From contig CAXXSL010000019.1 of NCBI GenBank assembly GCA_963675525.2, positions 96,001 through 160,000 on the forward strand: DNA of 64,000 nt, in the 5' to 3' direction. Numbering within the stretch: the stretch's first letter is position 1; the number at the start of each line of letters is the position of its first letter. A model generated the notes under the pieces. The model saw only the letters and a program-made list of their open reading frames with translations, was not told the origin of the DNA and made no database searches. Positions 35,317 to 45,457 of the stretch are shown here, piece by piece. The translations under genes and the position numbers were made by a program. This stretch comes from Anaerohalosphaeraceae bacterium (GTDB lineage Bacteria > Planctomycetota > Phycisphaerae > Sedimentisphaerales > Anaerohalosphaeraceae).

Positions 35317-36143
35317 AAACCTACCTCCTGTAATCGTGACTTGAGTTCTGAGATTGCCAATTCATACTGTTGGTCATTGGGTACACCATGATGCCATTTG
35401 GCTTCATTCTCCATAAAACGAACTCCTTTACCCTTGATTGTATTGGCGATAACCATATTGGGCTTCCCCGGTTCGAAAGGAGTTGCACAGAAAACATCTC
35501 CGAGAGCGGTTACATCGTGGCCATCGACAGTTCGCACAGACCATCCGAAAGACGTAAATTTATCATGCAGGTTTTCCAATGCACAAACATCCTCTGTACA
35601 GCCGGTTATCTGAAGTCGGTTGCGGTCAATGATAGCCGTCAGATTATCCAGGTGATAATGCGAGGCGGTCATCATCGATTCCCAATTCGAACCTTCTGCC
35701 AATTCGCCGTCACCCAGCAATGTGAAAACACGGTAATCGAGACGATCCATTTTGCCGCTTAAAGCCACCCCGACGCTGAATGCCAGGCCATGTCCTAAAG
35801 CGCCGGTATTCTGTTCGATCCCTTTGATCTTACGTGTGGGATGTCCCACATAGGGCGACTTGAATTGACAAAGCGTTTGCAGGTCTGACTCCGGGAAAAA
35901 TCCCCTGTCTGACAAAACCACATACAAAGCCTCAACCGAATGCCCTTTGCTTTGAACATAACGGTCTCGTCCGGGGTCGTTGAAGGTTTCCGGCGAGACA
36001 TTCAAAACCCGATTATACAGAACATTTAAGATATCCACACAGGATAAGCTTCCACCGGTATGACCGGTGTTTGCTTTCTTGATATACTCCAGCAGCCGGA
36101 TTCGGTACTGGATAGACTTCATGATCAGTTTATCATTAATCAT
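35313..36143 (-). CDS. Transketolase N-terminal ThDP-binding subunit (candidate apulose-4-phosphate transketolase subunit A)
   Basis: GHTGGSLS, DRYVQSKGH, GHP, NTGALGHG, GDGELAEGSNWE, TIKGKG, KWHH; 4-bp overlap with subunit B. Confidence 0.93.
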   Translation of the reverse strand: MINDKLIMKSIQYRIRLLEYIKKANTGHTGGSLSCVDILNVLYNRVLNVSPETFNDPGRDRYVQSKGHSVEALYVVLSDRGFFPESDLQTLCQFKSPYVGHPTRKIKGIEQNTGALGHGLAFSVGVALSGKMDRLDYRVFTLLGDGELAEGSNWESMMTASHYHLDNLTAIIDRNRLQITGCTEDVCALENLHDKFTSFGWSVRTVDGHDVTALGDVFCATPFEPGKPNMVIANTIKGKGVRFMENEAKWHHGVPNDQQYELAISELKSRLQEVGL

Positions 36144-36215
36144 TGCTTTTATATGTCCCTGTTATCATGGTCGTTTTGTCTACTATCACAACTGCAGGTG
36201 TTGCATGCTTTAGCT

Positions 36216-37640
36216 TTATTTGTGATGATACAGATTCCAGCCGAGATACTTTGTCAGGGCTTCATTTATCACTTCAGCACAGTGCGTTCGTGTCATTGCC
36301 ACATGATGTTCGAAGCCATTCTGGCACAGATAGGCCAGCAGTGCTCTGAGCCGCTCGACTTTGCATATAGCGATGCCTCCGTCCATCCCGAAAGGATCCT
36401 CTGTAAACTGACCCTCTCCAAGGTATGATGTGATTTGCCCTTTTGTGTCATCGGTTGAAATCCGGAAAAAGGACATCGGTCCGGGTGCCACATTGCCCTT
36501 GATGGCGCCAAAACATTTATCGCGATCGATGACCGTTCCCAAAACATCCAATTTCGAAATCTCGATTTCATTCCCCATGAAACTCTTGGGGTAATTGCTG
36601 CAGTGCGTACAGACACATTTGTCACGCTCATTTCCATAATTATTGTTCCAGTCCAACAGAGCCGGGATATTACCGCTTGCCAGCAGGAGGGCATACATCG
36701 AAACAACGCCGGCTACATCCGTCTCGCAGGCGCTGGGCATGTATCGTTCGCCCATCATCGACATCGACAGGCATGTTGCGCAGCCGTAGTTGTTTTCGAT
36801 AGACTCCCAGCATTGGATCGCGCTGGCATCCAGTTCGTTTTCGTCCATCAGTTCATCAAAGACAACGGATAATTTAGCCTGCTTCAAGACACATTCAGCA
36901 TTAATGTCCGCCGGAATTTTGCCGTAATCTCTGATTGCTGTGAGCTTTTCTTTGACCGCTGCGGCCGCCGCATCCATTTGTTGTGCCCTGGCGATGATTT
37001 CGGAAAGATCGATGGGGACGACTGTAATTCCGGAAGCCTGGAGAATTTTTTCGCTGTATCGGACTGTCTGAAAAGCGGCGGGTCGGGTTCCGAATGCACC
37101 GATGCGGGCATTTTTGAGCCCCTTGACCACACGACATACGGCCGCGAAATTTTTCACGTCTTCAGCAAAGACATCGCTATCAATATCACAGGTGTGTTCG
37201 GTGGTGTCGGTAAACGGTATCTTGTATTGATACAGGTTGTTACAAACAGAAATCTTGCCGCAGAAAGCATCTCGCCGGCTCTTTACGTTAACCTTGTCGA
37301 TATCATCATTGCAGGCCTGAACGAGAACCGGTACATCGAGCCTTGCCATTTCCAAAGTCTGAACAATGCCCAATTCATCGCCGAAATTCGGCAAAATAAT
37401 GAGTATGCCGTCAATTGAATCGCTATGGGTCTTAAATAACTCAGCACATACCTTGGCATCGGCACGGGTTTCAATTGCTCCGGCGGGCGTCGCCTGTTTG
37501 TCAGGTATGACATATCCAAATCCCAATCGGTCCAGCAGGGCAATCAGTTTTTTTCGCTCTGTCGAGGCAAGTTGTGCATTGAAAATATTACGTGTTCCCA
37601 CAACCAGACCAAAGGTTACTTTCTTTTGCACCATTTTCAT
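36216..37640 (-). CDS. L-fucose/L-arabinose isomerase family protein (candidate apiose isomerase)
   Basis: PNFGDE, RRDAFCGKISVCNNL, AIQCW, PSACETD, THC and GFEHHVAM, typical of FucI/AraA-like isomerases. Confidence 0.85.
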   Translation of the reverse strand: MKMVQKKVTFGLVVGTRNIFNAQLASTERKKLIALLDRLGFGYVIPDKQATPAGAIETRADAKVCAELFKTHSDSIDGILIILPNFGDELGIVQTLEMARLDVPVLVQACNDDIDKVNVKSRRDAFCGKISVCNNLYQYKIPFTDTTEHTCDIDSDVFAEDVKNFAAVCRVVKGLKNARIGAFGTRPAAFQTVRYSEKILQASGITVVPIDLSEIIARAQQMDAAAAAVKEKLTAIRDYGKIPADINAECVLKQAKLSVVFDELMDENELDASAIQCWESIENNYGCATCLSMSMMGERYMPSACETDVAGVVSMYALLLASGNIPALLDWNNNYGNERDKCVCTHCSNYPKSFMGNEIEISKLDVLGTVIDRDKCFGAIKGNVAPGPMSFFRISTDDTKGQITSYLGEGQFTEDPFGMDGGIAICKVERLRALLAYLCQNGFEHHVAMTRTHCAEVINEALTKYLGWNLYHHK

Positions 37641-37675
37641 ATATGAATCCCTTAATTTAACCCAGGAAAACAGGT

Positions 37676-37912
37676 TTATATCGAATACCTGCTGTGTATT
37701 TTATCAAAAGCGACGGCCAGCAGTATCACGCCGCCCTTGACGACCAATTGTAATTCTTCCCGTACTCCCATCAGGACCAGTCCATTGGCCAGTATTCCAA
37801 TAATTAGACATCCCAAAACCGTACCCAGGATAGTTCCGCGTCCGCCCGAAAGCGAAGTCCCCCCGATGACCACCGCAGCAATGGCTTCCAACTCATACGT
37901 TTCACCGGCCAA
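37676..37912 (-). pseudogene. 3' fragment of a ribose-type (RbsC-like) sugar ABC transporter permease
   Basis: YELEAIAAVVIGGTSLSGGRGTILGTVLG..IIGILANGL is the RbsC C-terminal signature; in-frame TAA just upstream; the rest of the gene is absent. Confidence 0.85.
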
Positions 37913-38387
37913 TACTTAACATCCCTAATGTCGCCACAAATGGAGGAATCTTGAACCGAACAACTTTAAATCCATTCGTATACCATCTAGAACTGCTAGA
38001 TAATAGTTATTTCTATCAGAGTATAATATATTGTTGCTCCAAAAGAAATCATTTTATTGCTGCTTTTGGCCAGGCTAATCTGAATCCGCTGTCGAGATAT
38101 TCAGCTTCTAATTATAGATTCGTTGATAATACAGAGACAATATAAACATGTACTCTGTGTAATCAAGAGTTCCATTTTTTTGTTTCAAAATACAACCCTA
38201 TGTGGACATTTATTGTATTAATACTAAATGCATCTTCTTATGGTTGGTTTGAGCATTTATTCCGGAGAATTTGAAAAAAGATTTGCGTTTTCATTCAACA
38301 TGCGGATTTGAGTTATCTCTTTGTTTGGTAGAGATTTATGTGTAAATTGCACTCTGATAAAAAAATTCAAATTAGGCCTTGAATAGA

Positions 38388-38422
38388 CTCATAACCCGGA
38401 GATCGTTGGTTTGAACCCAGCC
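38388..38422 (+). other. Decayed 3' half of a tRNA-Met(CAT), probable att-site scar
   Basis: CTCATAA (anticodon loop)-CCCGG-AGATC-GTTGG-TTTGAAC-CCAGC has exact tRNA spacing and a pairing T-arm; the 5' half and acceptor stem are missing. Confidence 0.6.
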
Positions 38423-38825
38423 TTGATACTTACATAAGTCCTTATAATAAAGTTACTTGCGGTTTTTTTTGTACGCAGTTATGTCAAAAATAGCAATCGG
38501 CTTGTCTCGGTGTGCCGGTCATTTCTGGGAAAAAAGCCTGAGCCTCGGACTTGTCCAGTTGCCGGTCAAAAGGCAAAGTTGATGCCTGACCTGCTACCTT
38601 CATCAATTTTCCGCATTACGGGAGGCTTTATTTTCACCCAAATTTCACTCGACATAGGTAGCAAAGTCTACAAAATCGCTTATATCAACGACTTGTATTT
38701 CCCTATGTTATAGCAGTCTGAGAGCGGCAATGCAAATGAACTCTATTCAAATGGCTAACCGACAACCACCTTAGAAGCGTTAATTCCATAACTCCAACTT
38801 CGATTTCTATCTCCAGGCAACAATG

Positions 38826-39974
38826 TCACTTTTCAGAAAGTTTAAAGATTTCGCTTCCAGCCAGCAAAAACGCTCCGACACCGAAATCATCGTGATTCGG
38901 TACTTTGTCAGACGTCACCGGCTGGCCGGCGGAGGGTTCTTTGCCGGTGCCTTGCACATAGCCGAGAAAACCGTTTTTGTGCAGGCTGTCGGTGACCATA
39001 GCGTTCCATCCCTTGACGGCCGCCGGCAGATAGGTTTCTTTTTCCAACAGATTGTTCCTGACGCCCCAAGCTAATCCGTACGTGAAAAAAGCCGTTCCGG
39101 TTGTTTCTTTCCCCCCGTAATTGGTTGGATCATGAAGGCTGACATTCCAGAAACCATCGGGTCGCTGAACCTGTATCAAAGCGGAAGCCATTTCTTTGAA
39201 GGTTTTGGCATATTCATCACGATGGGGCGCATCGGAAGGCATGATATCAAGTACTCGAACAAGTGCCGCAAAAACCCACCCGTTACCTCGTGACCAATAG
39301 CAATCCTCACCGTTGGGCTCTTTGTACGGCGGATCATAATCTTTGTCCCGCCACCACAAATGATCCTCGGGATTGTATAGACCATGGGTTCCATGCGATT
39401 GTTTGGTGTACGTATACATTTGAAACATTTTCTCGAAATACCTGTCATCATCATAAAGCACGCCCAGGCGGGCAAAGACCGGCATGGCCATCTGCATAGC
39501 ATCAATCCACCACCAGTCATCATTTTGGGGATTGTTCACGATGTAGTCAATGTTTGCCTTGATATTGGAAATGCGCTCGGGTTTCGGATCAATGTTGTAC
39601 AAGTCGATGTAGGTTTGCCCGCAGCACTGGTCGTCGGCATTGCGGGTTTGATTGCCGTTTCGCAGACTCCAATTGTGTGCATCGCCCCACTGCACAGCAT
39701 AATCATAATAGCGTTTCTGCGGGTCAATCTCATATAATGCTATCAAGCCTTCATAGTAAGTTCCGCGCGTCCAGATGTTGCTGGGCCGAGCTCTGTTGGT
39801 GACGATTTCTTTGCCGGGATCAGGCCATTCTTTCATGAAGTAGTCATTGGCCAGTGTCATATTGGACAACACGGCGGCTTTATCGGGTACACTGGAACAG
39901 GACGAGCCTGTGAATACTAAAAGGCCCCATAAAAAACATTGTATTGCCAAACGTATCTTTTTGTTAAACTTCAT
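38826..39974 (-). CDS. GH105 (GH88/105) unsaturated rhamnogalacturonyl hydrolase, probable lipoprotein
   Basis: NADDQCCGQTY, WWWIDAMQMAMP, YWSRGNGWV, ETTGTAFF, GYVQ; ATG 39974 with AAGGA RBS (track start 39989). Confidence 0.93.
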   Translation of the reverse strand: MKFNKKIRLAIQCFLWGLLVFTGSSCSSVPDKAAVLSNMTLANDYFMKEWPDPGKEIVTNRARPSNIWTRGTYYEGLIALYEIDPQKRYYDYAVQWGDAHNWSLRNGNQTRNADDQCCGQTYIDLYNIDPKPERISNIKANIDYIVNNPQNDDWWWIDAMQMAMPVFARLGVLYDDDRYFEKMFQMYTYTKQSHGTHGLYNPEDHLWWRDKDYDPPYKEPNGEDCYWSRGNGWVFAALVRVLDIMPSDAPHRDEYAKTFKEMASALIQVQRPDGFWNVSLHDPTNYGGKETTGTAFFTYGLAWGVRNNLLEKETYLPAAVKGWNAMVTDSLHKNGFLGYVQGTGKEPSAGQPVTSDKVPNHDDFGVGAFLLAGSEIFKLSEK

Positions 39975-40017
39975 AACCATTCCTTTCACAGTTCATTTAT
40001 GGTTATCAATTTCTCGT

Positions 40018-41325
40018 TTACTGAGCATTTTTGCGAATGATCGGTTCACCCTGTTCGACCTGGATATCCAGCCCGGAAAGGTCCAGTCCTTCTACATGCT
40101 CAAGGGTAAATCCCCGTTGGGCTTTGATCCGGCAGTTTTTGAAGGTCACATCCCGGACGGGGCTGCCTTCCAGGCCGTGCATATCACCGACCAAATCGGT
40201 GGTGCCGGAGACGTTGATGATGTTGACATTTCGGACGACGGGCAGCGGGTCTGACGGAGGTTTGAGGGGTGGCCGCATGCGCCAGGCCATATTGAACTCA
40301 AACGCCTTACGTGTATTGTTCAGCACGATATCCCGGTAGGTGATATTCTCGACCACACCTCCGCGGCTGGGCTGGGATTTAAAGCGAATCGGCGCCCAGT
40401 TGTCGGCGTCCATGATGCAATTGCGAATCTCTACATTGCGAATGCCGCCGGACATCTCGCTGCCCATTGATACGCCGCCATGACCATATCGAAAGTGACA
40501 TTTTTCCACAAGGATATCCTCGGCCGGACGATTGACGCGACGGCCGTCTTCATCCTTGCCGGATTTAATGGCGATACAGTCGTCATTAACGTCGATGTCA
40601 CAATCCGTGATGTGTACAGTCCGGCTCGAATCTATGTCTATGCCGTCTGAACTGATGATGTTGTGTGCTGCTCGAATCGTCAAGCCTTGCACCAGAACAT
40701 TTTCCGAGTAGAGAATAAACAATCCCCAACACGCCTGGTCCTTTAATGATAGGTTGCACACGACGACATCATTGCAGTTCTGTATAGCGATCAGGCGCGG
40801 ACGACCTGTACGCAATTGGCGGCTGTTTCTTGGAAACCGTTCCATCCATTGATCTCCGGAACCGTCGATCAAGCCTTCGCCCGTCAGGTCAACATCGGTC
40901 ATGTCAAAAAAATTCAGCAGGGCAGCGGTCCAGGCCATTTCCTCACCTTCCCAGCGTGTATCGACTTTGGGATAATCGTTCGGATTGACCGTGCCTTTGA
41001 GCACACCGCCTTTTACCACGTGCAGATCCACGCCCTGTTTGAAAAACACCGAACCTGTCAGAAATGTCCCTTCGGGAATGATCAGTACGCCGCCTCCGCC
41101 GGATTGGCAGGCGTCAATAGCGGACTGGATTGTCTTGGTATTCACTGTATTGCCGTCGCCGATAGCGCCGAAATCAGTGATAAGATATTGTTTGGTTGAT
41201 TCCACATTACACGCGTTAAGCATGTTCGGTTCTGATGTGCCGCTGGCTTCGTTAGACTGCGTGCAACTGACAGCGGAAACGATTAAAAGTGCCAAACTCC
41301 ATTGAAAAATCGTTGTATTCTTCAT
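40018..41325 (-). CDS. GH28 polygalacturonase-family lipoprotein
   Basis: SDGIDID, NDDCIAIKSG, GHGGVSMGSEMSGG, IRFKS; lipobox AVSC (track start 41364). Confidence 0.93.
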   Translation of the reverse strand: MKNTTIFQWSLALLIVSAVSCTQSNEASGTSEPNMLNACNVESTKQYLITDFGAIGDGNTVNTKTIQSAIDACQSGGGGVLIIPEGTFLTGSVFFKQGVDLHVVKGGVLKGTVNPNDYPKVDTRWEGEEMAWTAALLNFFDMTDVDLTGEGLIDGSGDQWMERFPRNSRQLRTGRPRLIAIQNCNDVVVCNLSLKDQACWGLFILYSENVLVQGLTIRAAHNIISSDGIDIDSSRTVHITDCDIDVNDDCIAIKSGKDEDGRRVNRPAEDILVEKCHFRYGHGGVSMGSEMSGGIRNVEIRNCIMDADNWAPIRFKSQPSRGGVVENITYRDIVLNNTRKAFEFNMAWRMRPPLKPPSDPLPVVRNVNIINVSGTTDLVGDMHGLEGSPVRDVTFKNCRIKAQRGFTLEHVEGLDLSGLDIQVEQGEPIIRKNAQ

Positions 41326-41363
41326 TGTCAAATCCCTTTTGTCGCTACGGTTTTTCTGAACCA

Positions 41364-42893
41364 TTATAATTCTTTTTGCTTTGACTGCTCAATCTGTGTG
41401 TCCGGAACCTGACATTGGTATGTGCTAAAACTTTCGATGTCTTTCAGCACAAAGATCGGTACCTCCGGTTCATGCTGGGCATTGATGCTGCGAAAGGTTG
41501 CATTTCTCACATCATTCAGCACGAATGCGGGTCTTTGGTCTTCGGCCATGTAACCGACCTCGACATTGCTCATCTCGATGCCGTTGACATGGCGGATGTA
41601 AAAGCCATAGGCAGGAATCTCCCCGAACATTGACGGCTCCGGATACTCTTTTTCATTCTCAGGCGGTTCAAGTGCAGCTTGTTTTTTTGTACCGCCACCC
41701 CGATAATAGATTCGAATATTGCTGAGCCTGATATCTTCAATATCATGGCCAGGAATGCCACTGATGATGGATGCATAGCGAGGATCGGCATCATACACCA
41801 TTACATTGCTGATGTTAACGCGGCGTAGTTCTCCCACGGGTACGCCTTCGGGCCCGCGCATCCGGCTGCCCAACCGAAGGAAAAGAGGCGCAGTGGTCAC
41901 GTCGCGCATGGTGATATTTGTGATTGAGACATCTTCGAGCAATCCGCCGTCAACAGTTTCCATCGCCAGCCCGCGACAGTGATAGAATACGCAGTTTGAA
42001 ATGGTTATGTTTTTAAAGCCACCATTGGACTCGGTACCAAACTTAATGCGACCCGTTACTCCGTCTTTGTCGGGGGCCCTGGTTTCATTGCTCTGGAATG
42101 TACCATCCAGCAGTGTGCCCGGGTCATATCCGCTAACCTGGCAGTTGGTAATGGTTACGTTTTCGGTCGCCCGGGCAAAGCCGAGTCCATAGGAACTCTT
42201 CAGGCAAATACCGTCGTCGAACGGCGAGTTAACGGTACAGTTGGCAACCCGAACGTTGCGACAGCAGTCGATGTTAATTCCGTCCCGGTTGGTGTCAATT
42301 TTGACGTTATCGATGGTCATATTGTCCACACCCGTTGCCAGGATGCAGAAGTGTCCACCGAGAAGGAACGAAACGTCCCGGATAATCACATTACGGCACA
42401 GTTTGAGAGCGAGTGTTTTGTTGCCCCTGCCTGCTTTGGGTGAGTCCCAGCGGTCCAGCCCTTTGCCGTGAATCAGGCCCGGCCCAAGGATGGAGACGTT
42501 TTCGATTTTCTCGCCCCAGATCAGGCTATCGTGCCAGTGACTATGGCCAAAGTCCTGATACATATCCGTGGGATTCGGCTCAGCCGGGTCGTACCCATTT
42601 TCGCCATCGGGCTCAGCAGCCAGGAGCGTGGCGCCCTGATCGAGGTACAATGTGATGTTACTTTTAAGGTGGATTGAGTAGCTCAAGTATGTGCCGGCCG
42701 GGAAATGAACGGTTCCCCCGCCTGCGGAAGCGGCCGCATCGATCGCCTTGTTAATCGCCACGGTATCGAGCGTTTTGCCGTCACCTGTTGCGCCGTACTT
42801 CTTTACGTCGAAGGTTTCGGCATAGATTTGAGAGGTCAGCAGTCCCATTATAATGAAAAGCACATAAAGAACATACAGTTTTTTTGACTTCAT
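41364..42893 (-). CDS. GH28 (rhamno)galacturonase-family protein, secreted
   Basis: FDVKKYGATGDG, NRDGINID, DDGICLKS, RIKFGTESNGGF; signal peptide. Confidence 0.92.
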   Translation of the reverse strand: MKSKKLYVLYVLFIIMGLLTSQIYAETFDVKKYGATGDGKTLDTVAINKAIDAAASAGGGTVHFPAGTYLSYSIHLKSNITLYLDQGATLLAAEPDGENGYDPAEPNPTDMYQDFGHSHWHDSLIWGEKIENVSILGPGLIHGKGLDRWDSPKAGRGNKTLALKLCRNVIIRDVSFLLGGHFCILATGVDNMTIDNVKIDTNRDGINIDCCRNVRVANCTVNSPFDDGICLKSSYGLGFARATENVTITNCQVSGYDPGTLLDGTFQSNETRAPDKDGVTGRIKFGTESNGGFKNITISNCVFYHCRGLAMETVDGGLLEDVSITNITMRDVTTAPLFLRLGSRMRGPEGVPVGELRRVNISNVMVYDADPRYASIISGIPGHDIEDIRLSNIRIYYRGGGTKKQAALEPPENEKEYPEPSMFGEIPAYGFYIRHVNGIEMSNVEVGYMAEDQRPAFVLNDVRNATFRSINAQHEPEVPIFVLKDIESFSTYQCQVPDTQIEQSKQKEL

Positions 42894-42929
42894 ATTTGCT
42901 TCTTTCCGTTAAATGTTTCACTGGCCAGG

Positions 42930-45086
42930 TTATATATCAGACGGCAGGGGGCCGATGAAGACAAACCTGGTTTCATACGGTTCCAGTTCCAGCGGCAAGC
43001 GCACGAAGCCGTTTTCCGAGGCGGCACCGTCTATCGTCTCGATACGCCCGGTCATTGCGTCCCATATCTGGGCCTGTCCTTTTCCGGCCAAAAACGCGGT
43101 GCATGTATGCTTGTCGGAGGTGCTTTCGTTAAAGAAAAAGTACAGATCCGCATCACGCAGCTTGCGGTGCGTATACTTGATATCAGGGCATGGCTCATTC
43201 AACAAAACGTCCGGCTGCGGCAACGCCTCGATTACACGGTCGGTTAATTCGCCCGACGGTTCCAGCAGGGCCCAGCTAAGATCGACCGGGCCCTCAGCGG
43301 CGTTAAGAAAGGTTTTATCGGGGATTAACGAAGGGGTGCGCCCGGCAAAAATGACCTTTCTGCCAGCATTGACAAATTGATGCAAGCGTTCCACAGCAGT
43401 CTTAGAGATTGCTGTGACTGGTGGGATGATGACAGCCCGGTACTGTTGACCGCTGAGATTCGTCAGTGCAGGGCCTTCAAGTTTCAGGATCGAACACAGG
43501 GCCTCTTCATCCACGAAGTCAAAGTCCCGTTGGCGTTCTAATAAACTTTTGGCAATGGCCAGAACGCTTGTATTGGCCTCGTCGTCGCCCAGCCACATGC
43601 TGGTTGTCGGGTGGTATAAAGCAATTTGGGCTGCCGGGCGACCCTGTGACAATATATACGAGGTGCGGTTGATATAGGCTGCGACATCGGGGAATTGTTC
43701 AGACATCAGCCATCCGGACAATCCTGTTTTACCATTGGACGAAGCCGGGACGAACATCACCTCGACCATGTTAATACCGCGAACGAACTGATAATCCAGG
43801 ACCCACTTTGCTTGCTGAACGGTCGGCTGGGTGCGGTAGGCCGCGAAGCTTTCGGTAAAGGCACGAGGCTTACCGAAGAGATGAGCCGCGGAGGATGCAT
43901 ATTTTGGATAGTCTGTTACCTGACCGGGCCATATCTGATTCCAGATAGCATCGACGCCGGGCATTTGTACATGCCGCATATCTTTAAAGAAATCCCCCTC
44001 ACCTTCAACCAGCTTCGGCATATTATCTTCTTTGTTCAGGTGCACAAGGTATTGTAGATTGTTTTGCGCACACCATTTGGCCTGAACGCCAAAGTAGTTC
44101 TTGCTGAACAAGTCCGACCAGACATCCCAGTAATCTGCTTTAGCTCGTTTTTGCTCGTCGGTCAAACGGGGTGCGAAAAACCCAGCGGCATAAGGTCGCA
44201 CATCGTAGCCTTTTTGCTTCTGGAATTCGTCAAAGATTTTTGGCGTCCACGGAATCCCGCGAATACTGTAATCCGGTTCGTCGCCTCTGAATCCCAAGAT
44301 CGTTCGGCCGAATTCGGACCCGACATACTTTTTGTATTGTTCGTGAACAAACTCGATAAATTGTGTTGTGGCTTCCGGGTCCAGGTAATCACAGAGAGAA
44401 TTGCTGGTATCTTTACCCCGGGAGGGATTATTGACCGCACGCGTTTGCGAAGTACGGAACTGATGCTCGACCAGCAGCACCTGCCAGTCGCCTTCGGGTG
44501 CGGTCCAGTTCAGTTGAGCGTCTTCGATGGTCAGCATTTGATTGCTGTCGTCGGCTTTGTTGACCGCAATGGCACTGACGGTTTCCGGCGGCAGTTTGCG
44601 GGAGAGGGTTTCGCCGGAACTGACGGTGATCCGGTCGGCAACCACCAATGCCTGCATCCGCAGATCAGGACGTTCGGCGCTGAATTTTCCCCCGGCGAAT
44701 CCACTGGGATATTTCCCCTCATCCACCAGCCAGACACGCATATCGCGCTGGCGTGCCAGCTCAACGGCAAGCTTTACGCTTTCGAACCAGCCGGGGGAAA
44801 GATACGGACTGCTCATTCCATAGCCGGGTTCGAGTGTAACAACTCGGACGTTGCGAGCCTTAAATGCATCCATGTCCCGGGCGATGACTTCTTTGGTGAC
44901 ATTGCCGTCCCAACCCCAATAGAACGTCATGCCGTATTCAACGGGCGGCGAGGAAAAAGCCGCCGCCACCTCATCGACAGAGGGGGACGTGATTTCCTGA
45001 TTGGGACTTCCAGCCTCGCTCTTTGATTGAATCAGAACCAAGCTCAGAAAAAACACCAAAGTGATAAAATTGAAATAGTATTTCAT
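42930..45086 (-). CDS. GH106-like alpha-L-rhamnosidase, secreted
   Basis: FSSPP.EY....YWGW, YLSPGWF, VWLVDEGKYPSGFAGG, FRGDEPD, KYASSAAH, TESFA, YFFFNES; signal peptide (track start 45110). Confidence 0.8.
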   Translation of the reverse strand: MKYYFNFITLVFFLSLVLIQSKSEAGSPNQEITSPSVDEVAAAFSSPPVEYGMTFYWGWDGNVTKEVIARDMDAFKARNVRVVTLEPGYGMSSPYLSPGWFESVKLAVELARQRDMRVWLVDEGKYPSGFAGGKFSAERPDLRMQALVVADRITVSSGETLSRKLPPETVSAIAVNKADDSNQMLTIEDAQLNWTAPEGDWQVLLVEHQFRTSQTRAVNNPSRGKDTSNSLCDYLDPEATTQFIEFVHEQYKKYVGSEFGRTILGFRGDEPDYSIRGIPWTPKIFDEFQKQKGYDVRPYAAGFFAPRLTDEQKRAKADYWDVWSDLFSKNYFGVQAKWCAQNNLQYLVHLNKEDNMPKLVEGEGDFFKDMRHVQMPGVDAIWNQIWPGQVTDYPKYASSAAHLFGKPRAFTESFAAYRTQPTVQQAKWVLDYQFVRGINMVEVMFVPASSNGKTGLSGWLMSEQFPDVAAYINRTSYILSQGRPAAQIALYHPTTSMWLGDDEANTSVLAIAKSLLERQRDFDFVDEEALCSILKLEGPALTNLSGQQYRAVIIPPVTAISKTAVERLHQFVNAGRKVIFAGRTPSLIPDKTFLNAAEGPVDLSWALLEPSGELTDRVIEALPQPDVLLNEPCPDIKYTHRKLRDADLYFFFNESTSDKHTCTAFLAGKGQAQIWDAMTGRIETIDGAASENGFVRLPLELEPYETRFVFIGPLPSDI

Positions 45087-45457
45087 CTTTTTGTACTCTT
45101 TTCGGCTCAACTAGTGTGATCAGCAAGTTACCGCCCCTGGGCCAATCAAGCGGCAGGCTTAATTAAATGACGTATACCCTTGTCGTTGAATCAAGGCAAA
45201 ACGTCCTAGCATTCGAGGGTGCATTTTGGCCCAAATTACCAAAAAAGTCAAGCAGAAATCAAATATCGGCAATTTCCAGTGTGAAGCATTTGTTGGATTG
45301 TGGAGAGCTGTTTTAAATCTTTTGGTATTTCATCTTGCGGATTTGATGCATTTGCTGTTAAATCAAGGCTGTTTGGGTGATACGGTGAATAATCGTTGGA
45401 ACAGGTTTGATGCAAAACCTTCCTAATTCTATAAAATCCGACAGGGGAATAAATCAA

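Noticed and set aside
38350..38430. Functional tRNA-Met gene
   Set aside because: No D-arm, the anticodon stem cannot pair, the T-loop is TTT not TTC, and there is no acceptor stem or CCA; kept only as a scar
37951..38713. Short ORFs 37951..38145 and 38510..38713 in the AT-rich gap
   Set aside because: No recognisable similarity or convincing RBS; treated as non-coding or decayed sequence
44064..45026. 320-aa + strand ORF
   Set aside because: Antisense shadow of the GH106-like gene; no recognisable family
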